Assembly (NCBI GenBank): GCA_050014195.1
Contig: JBEKDT010000012.1
Coordinates: 64,001 to 128,000, forward strand
Direction of reading: 5' to 3'
Length of the DNA: 64,000 nucleotides
Source: Desulfomonilia bacterium
GTDB taxonomy: Bacteria; Desulfobacterota; Desulfomonilia; UBA1062
In this document: piece by piece, positions 59,913 through 64,000 of the stretch
Numbering within the stretch: position 1 is the stretch's first letter
How the letters are laid out: every line of letters begins with the position of its first letter
The notes under the pieces: generated by a model
What the model was told of the DNA's origin: nothing
Databases searched by the model: none
The model's input: only the letters and a program-made list of their open reading frames with translations
Made by a program: the position numbers and the translations under genes

Positions 59913-60806
59913 ATGATCAGAAGACAGTTTGTTTTTTTCCTGATGACTTTTGTCATGCTGACTGTTCTTTCCTGTGCGCCAAAAGAAATTCCCAAACAGA
60001 TCGCTCCACCTCCGAAGCCGGCCAAGATTGCCGTAGTCCTTGGGGCCGGTGCATCGAAGGGCTTTGCCCATGTCGGGGTATTGAAGGTGCTAGAAATGTA
60101 TAAAATCCCCATCCACATGGTGGTGGGCACGAGTGCAGGCAGCCTGGTAGGCAGCCTGTACGCATCAGGAATAAATGCATATGACCTCCAGGATCTGGCC
60201 ATGACGATCGAGAAGAGTGATGTTATCGATTATAGGATCATTCCGGATAATGGTTTTATCAAAGGGGAAAAGCTTGAGGATTTCATAAACAAGGCCGTAA
60301 AGAACGTCCCCATAGAAAAGCTGAAGATCCGTTATTATGCCGTGGCAACCAACGTGGCCACAGGGGAAGAGGTGGTCTTTACCGCAGGTAATACAGGAAA
60401 GGCGGTTCATGCAAGCTGCGCCGTACCAGGAGTATTTCAGCCGGTGAAGATCGGCACAAACACGTATGTGGATGGAGGCGTAGTCAGCCCAGTGGCAGTG
60501 GATGTGGCCAGACGCTATGGAGCAGATGTGGTTATTGCTGTGGACATCTCCGGCGGTATTGCCGGGGTGGTGCCACAGGGTACTTTGGACACAATGCTTA
60601 AGTCGGTCGACATCATGTACGCAAAGATCAGCGAATATCAGTTGAAAAAAGCGGATGTCGTGATCCGCCCTGATGTGAAGAATATTGGATCGACAGAAAT
60701 GGAAAAGAGGCACAAGGCCATTCTTGAAGGCGAGAAGGCAGCTGCGGCGGCAATGCCTGCCATTCAGCAGATCATAGCCAAACTTAAACAGGAAGGGAGG
60801 CTGTAA
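59913..60806 (+). CDS. Patatin-like phospholipase lipoprotein
   Basis: Lipobox VLSC; GAGASKG.AHVG, GTSAG, DGG. Confidence 0.93.
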   Translation: MIRRQFVFFLMTFVMLTVLSCAPKEIPKQIAPPPKPAKIAVVLGAGASKGFAHVGVLKVLEMYKIPIHMVVGTSAGSLVGSLYASGINAYDLQDLAMTIEKSDVIDYRIIPDNGFIKGEKLEDFINKAVKNVPIEKLKIRYYAVATNVATGEEVVFTAGNTGKAVHASCAVPGVFQPVKIGTNTYVDGGVVSPVAVDVARRYGADVVIAVDISGGIAGVVPQGTLDTMLKSVDIMYAKISEYQLKKADVVIRPDVKNIGSTEMEKRHKAILEGEKAAAAAMPAIQQIIAKLKQEGRL

Positions 60807-60867
60807 TCATCCGTTTCAGGATGGATGGGCCAAGCGTTACGCACCATCACATTTGTATCTTTTATCC

Positions 60868-61986
60868 TTACCGGAAGGTCGCCCGGAAGCGGATCATGGC
60901 ACCGATGAAGAGCACGGTCCCGATGGCAGCCATGGCTGCAAGTTGAGGCCAGACCACGCTGATTCCCGCATCTCTGAACAGGACCCGCGCACAGAATTCC
61001 ATATAATGGGTGGTCGGGGCAAATTGCATGGCGATCTGGAGGAACCTGGGCATGGATTCTAAAGGTGTTGTCCCGCCATTCAGCATGGAGATAGGCACGA
61101 TGATAGGCATGCTCAGAAGACCTGCCTGGGGCTGGTTCTTGGCGATAGTGGCAAGGAATACACCCAACTCGGTTGTTGCATAGAGAAAAACAATCGTCCC
61201 GAGAAAGAAGAGGAAGGTCGAGCCATGGATGGGGGCACCGATGACCCACTTCACGGAAAATAAGAGCGAAAACATGGCCCCCACTACCACGATAAAGCTG
61301 TTGGCCCAGACCTTGGCGATGGTAATTTCTACCGGGACAAGGGGCATGACAAGCAAATGTTCCACCGTGCCGCGTTCCTTTTCCTTTATGAGGGCCGCAG
61401 CAGGCAGGATTATGGATAAGAGTGTTATCATGTGAGTGAGGAATACGACGCTCATGAACCAGGAGCTTTCACGATTCTGGTTGTACAGCACGCGGGTGGT
61501 CAGCTGAAAGGGCAGGTTGGGGAGCTTCTGGGACCTCAGCACGAAAGTGTTTATTTCGTCGTTTATGATCCTTGTCAGGTATGTCGCGCCGAGCTTGGCA
61601 TGTCCGATTGCCGTGGCATCGACATCTATGCTGACCTCGGGAGACTTCCCGGCAAGCACATTCTTCTGGAATCCCGATGGGATGTGGATGACAAAGATAT
61701 ATTCACCCCTGTCCATGACACGGTTGATCTCATCAAACGAGATGGCATGGGGCTTTTTGAAAAAGGGTTTCTGAATGGCATCGATGATTCGAAACGAAAG
61801 GGGAGACTGATCTTCATCCACGTATGCTACCGAAGAGTCACGTACCTGAAGGCCTGTACCCTTGGAGGGGACAATGACCATGACAGTGAAGGAATAGATG
61901 ACCAGGACCACCAATACATAATCATAGCGGAAGCTGATGAGTTCCTTCAACCCGAGCCGATAGATGTGCCGGAGGTTTCTTATCAT
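60868..61986 (-). CDS. ABC-2 permease (YhhJ-like)
   Basis: LG.KEL, EKERGTVEHLLVMP, TPLESMP. Confidence 0.9.
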   Translation of the reverse strand: MIRNLRHIYRLGLKELISFRYDYVLVVLVIYSFTVMVIVPSKGTGLQVRDSSVAYVDEDQSPLSFRIIDAIQKPFFKKPHAISFDEINRVMDRGEYIFVIHIPSGFQKNVLAGKSPEVSIDVDATAIGHAKLGATYLTRIINDEINTFVLRSQKLPNLPFQLTTRVLYNQNRESSWFMSVVFLTHMITLLSIILPAAALIKEKERGTVEHLLVMPLVPVEITIAKVWANSFIVVVGAMFSLLFSVKWVIGAPIHGSTFLFFLGTIVFLYATTELGVFLATIAKNQPQAGLLSMPIIVPISMLNGGTTPLESMPRFLQIAMQFAPTTHYMEFCARVLFRDAGISVVWPQLAAMAAIGTVLFIGAMIRFRATFR

Positions 61987-61987
61987 G

Positions 61988-64000
61988 CTATTTGTCCTGT
62001 TTTTTCAGTAGGAAGACCGTCATGGTCTGTATAGTAGTGTAGATCATGACAAGGAAGACAAAATTCCATACAAGTTCCGGAAAACCTATGCCCTTGGTGA
62101 AGGTCCCGACACTGATGTTCAGGAAATAGCGGGCAGGGAAGATCCATGACATGAACTTGGCGCCCCCGATAAGTGTTGATGCCGGTGTGGTAAGACCCGA
62201 GAAATCGAAAGAGGGTACAAGGGTAATGACAAAGGCGGCCACAAGGGAGGCGATCTGGGTCTGGGTAAAGGTGGATATCAACAGCCCGATGCCGGTACTC
62301 GTAATGATATAGAGCATCGCCCCGACAACAAGGGCCGGTCCGCTGCCCTTGAAGGGGATGTCGAAGAGGAACCTGACCACACCGATAAGGATCAGGAAGG
62401 TGATGGCGGTTATGACAATATAAGGGATCTGCTTACCCCAGAGAAACTCTAGCCTGGTCATGGGGCTGGAATAGAAGTTTGTGATGGAGCCAAGCTCTTT
62501 TTCTCTCACCACACCTATTGCAGTGAGCATGGAGGGAACCAGCATAAGCACCACGGCCAGCAATCCGGGAACAATGGAAAAGCGACTCCGCACCAGGGGG
62601 TTATACCAGTAGCGGGGCTGGACATGAGTGTTTGAACGTCCTAGGGGTGCAGGAGACAGGGCGGCTAGATCCATAAGATAAGATAAGTGAACTGCATCCA
62701 CATAGTTTTTTGTCGTCTCAGCCCTGAAAGGCATGGTACCGTCTATCCAGACACCCACCGAGGGGCTTTCGCCACGCTTGATATCCTTTTCGAAGCCGGG
62801 CGGGATCTCGATGACCATCTTGAAATCACCCTTCTTAAAACCCTCCTCGATCTCGGATGGTGAGTGTATGGGCGGTTTTTCGTCAAAGTAGCGGGAGCCG
62901 GAAAAGTATTCCAGATAGTCACGGCTCCACAATTTCTGATCATAATCGAGGATGCTGAAATTGATCTTCTCGATATCGGTTGAGATGCCGAACCCGAAGA
63001 CAATCAGAAGGAATGGAGACACAATGAAAGAAGTGATGAGCCTGACAGGGTCCCGGAAAAGTTCCAATGACTCCCTCCGTGCAAGGGCAGCCAGACGGTG
63101 AATATCGAAGAAGCGTCTATGTTTGTGGACACGCTCGGGTGTAAGCATGAACGGTATGCTCTGCCTTTCATCATCCAGTTCTTTCGCGGCGCCGCTCTTG
63201 GCAATATCCTCTTTCATGTAGGCGATAAAAGCCTCTTCAAGGGTCTTGCAATCTCGCATTGAGATGAGCTCGTCAGGCGATTCGCAGGCAAGGACGCGCC
63301 CCATGCTCATGAGGGCGACCCTATCACAGCGATTAGCTTCATTCATGTAATGGGTGGTCACGAAGATGGTAACACCACGTTCCCTGGAGAGCTGTATGAG
63401 GAGCTCCCAGAAGTGGTCCCTGGCAACGGGATCAACACCGGAGGTCGGCTCATCAAGGATCAATATCTCAGGCTCATGTATAGCGGCCACAGCGAGGGAA
63501 AGGCGCTGGCGGATACCCAACGGCAGACGCTCGGTCTGATCGTCCATGACATCGGTAAGGCCGAAAGTCACGGCCATTTCTTTAACCCGGGAAGGAATGG
63601 CCTTAGAGGGCAGGTCAAAGAGGTGGGCGTGCATCTCAAGGTTCTGCCGTACCGTCAGCTCGCCATAGAGCGAAAAAGTCTGTGACATGTAGCCGATACG
63701 CTTTTTGAGTTCTATGCTCCCGGTTTCAACAGAGCTGCCGAAGATATAGGCCTCTCCATGTGTTGGATGCAGAAGCCCGGTTAGCATCTTCATGGTCGTG
63801 GTCTTGCCGCAGCCGTTCGAGCCGACAAAACCGAAGATCTCTCCCTTGGGTATGGTGAAAGAGACATCGTCGACTGCAGTAAAGTCGCCGAATCGCTTGG
63901 TGAGATTGTGGGCCTCAATGGCAGAACCATCATCTGATATTTTTCTTGGAGGGGTCGTAAAAGTATGGTGGCCATAGCGCATTTCTTCAGGCAACAGGGC
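61988..64000 (-). CDS. rbbA: RbbA-like ABC ATPase-permease fusion (5' end outside the window)
   Basis: GSNGCGKTT, LPLGIRQRLSLAVA, DEPTSGVDP, REKELGSITN. Confidence 0.88.
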   Translation of the reverse strand, partial: ALLPEEMRYGHHTFTTPPRKISDDGSAIEAHNLTKRFGDFTAVDDVSFTIPKGEIFGFVGSNGCGKTTTMKMLTGLLHPTHGEAYIFGSSVETGSIELKKRIGYMSQTFSLYGELTVRQNLEMHAHLFDLPSKAIPSRVKEMAVTFGLTDVMDDQTERLPLGIRQRLSLAVAAIHEPEILILDEPTSGVDPVARDHFWELLIQLSRERGVTIFVTTHYMNEANRCDRVALMSMGRVLACESPDELISMRDCKTLEEAFIAYMKEDIAKSGAAKELDDERQSIPFMLTPERVHKHRRFFDIHRLAALARRESLELFRDPVRLITSFIVSPFLLIVFGFGISTDIEKINFSILDYDQKLWSRDYLEYFSGSRYFDEKPPIHSPSEIEEGFKKGDFKMVIEIPPGFEKDIKRGESPSVGVWIDGTMPFRAETTKNYVDAVHLSYLMDLAALSPAPLGRSNTHVQPRYWYNPLVRSRFSIVPGLLAVVLMLVPSMLTAIGVVREKELGSITNFYSSPMTRLEFLWGKQIPYIVITAITFLILIGVVRFLFDIPFKGSGPALVVGAMLYIITSTGIGLLISTFTQTQIASLVAAFVITLVPSFDFSGLTTPASTLIGGAKFMSWIFPARYFLNISVGTFTKGIGFPELVWNFVFLVMIYTTIQTMTVFLLKKQDK

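Overview
Anaerobic deltaproteobacterial-type (Desulfobacterota-like; inferred from gene content) chromosome window in five parts. (1) 0.25-2.7 kb: polar amino-acid ABC transporter and tRNA-Thr(CGT). (2) 2.7-21.6 kb: accessory envelope/general-stress region (AsmA, two PAP2, BON/OsmY, DUF3185, DUF3309, DUF4398-OmpA, DedA, Cls). It contains a kaiC-kaiB-kaiB-PAS/sigma54-activator operon and three copies of one ~170-bp sigma54 promoter + enhancer module. (3) 21.7-28 kb: TetR / HMG-CoA-reductase-like / acyl-CoA ligase, Lrp-like domain and a RACo corrinoid activase. (4) 28.1-42.7 kb: a largely AT-rich array. At least 10 directly repeated ~62-66-bp sites (AGATCT-N-AAGATCATCGGTTTT-loop-AAAACCAGAAAGTTATCGCAGGGATCT; not canonical attC) separate mostly single-gene segments (three PEP-CTERM proteins, PilZ, HIT, MCP, hypotheticals, a candidate sRNA). 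Two sites carry an RmInt1-like group II intron with no intact ORF whose EBS1/EBS2 match the site. This looks like an integron-like cassette system with an unrecognised recombination site; no recombinase gene is in the window. (5) 43-64 kb: CODH/ACS cluster with an AcsB-AcsD fusion and a core methionine synthase but no acsE, followed by housekeeping genes.
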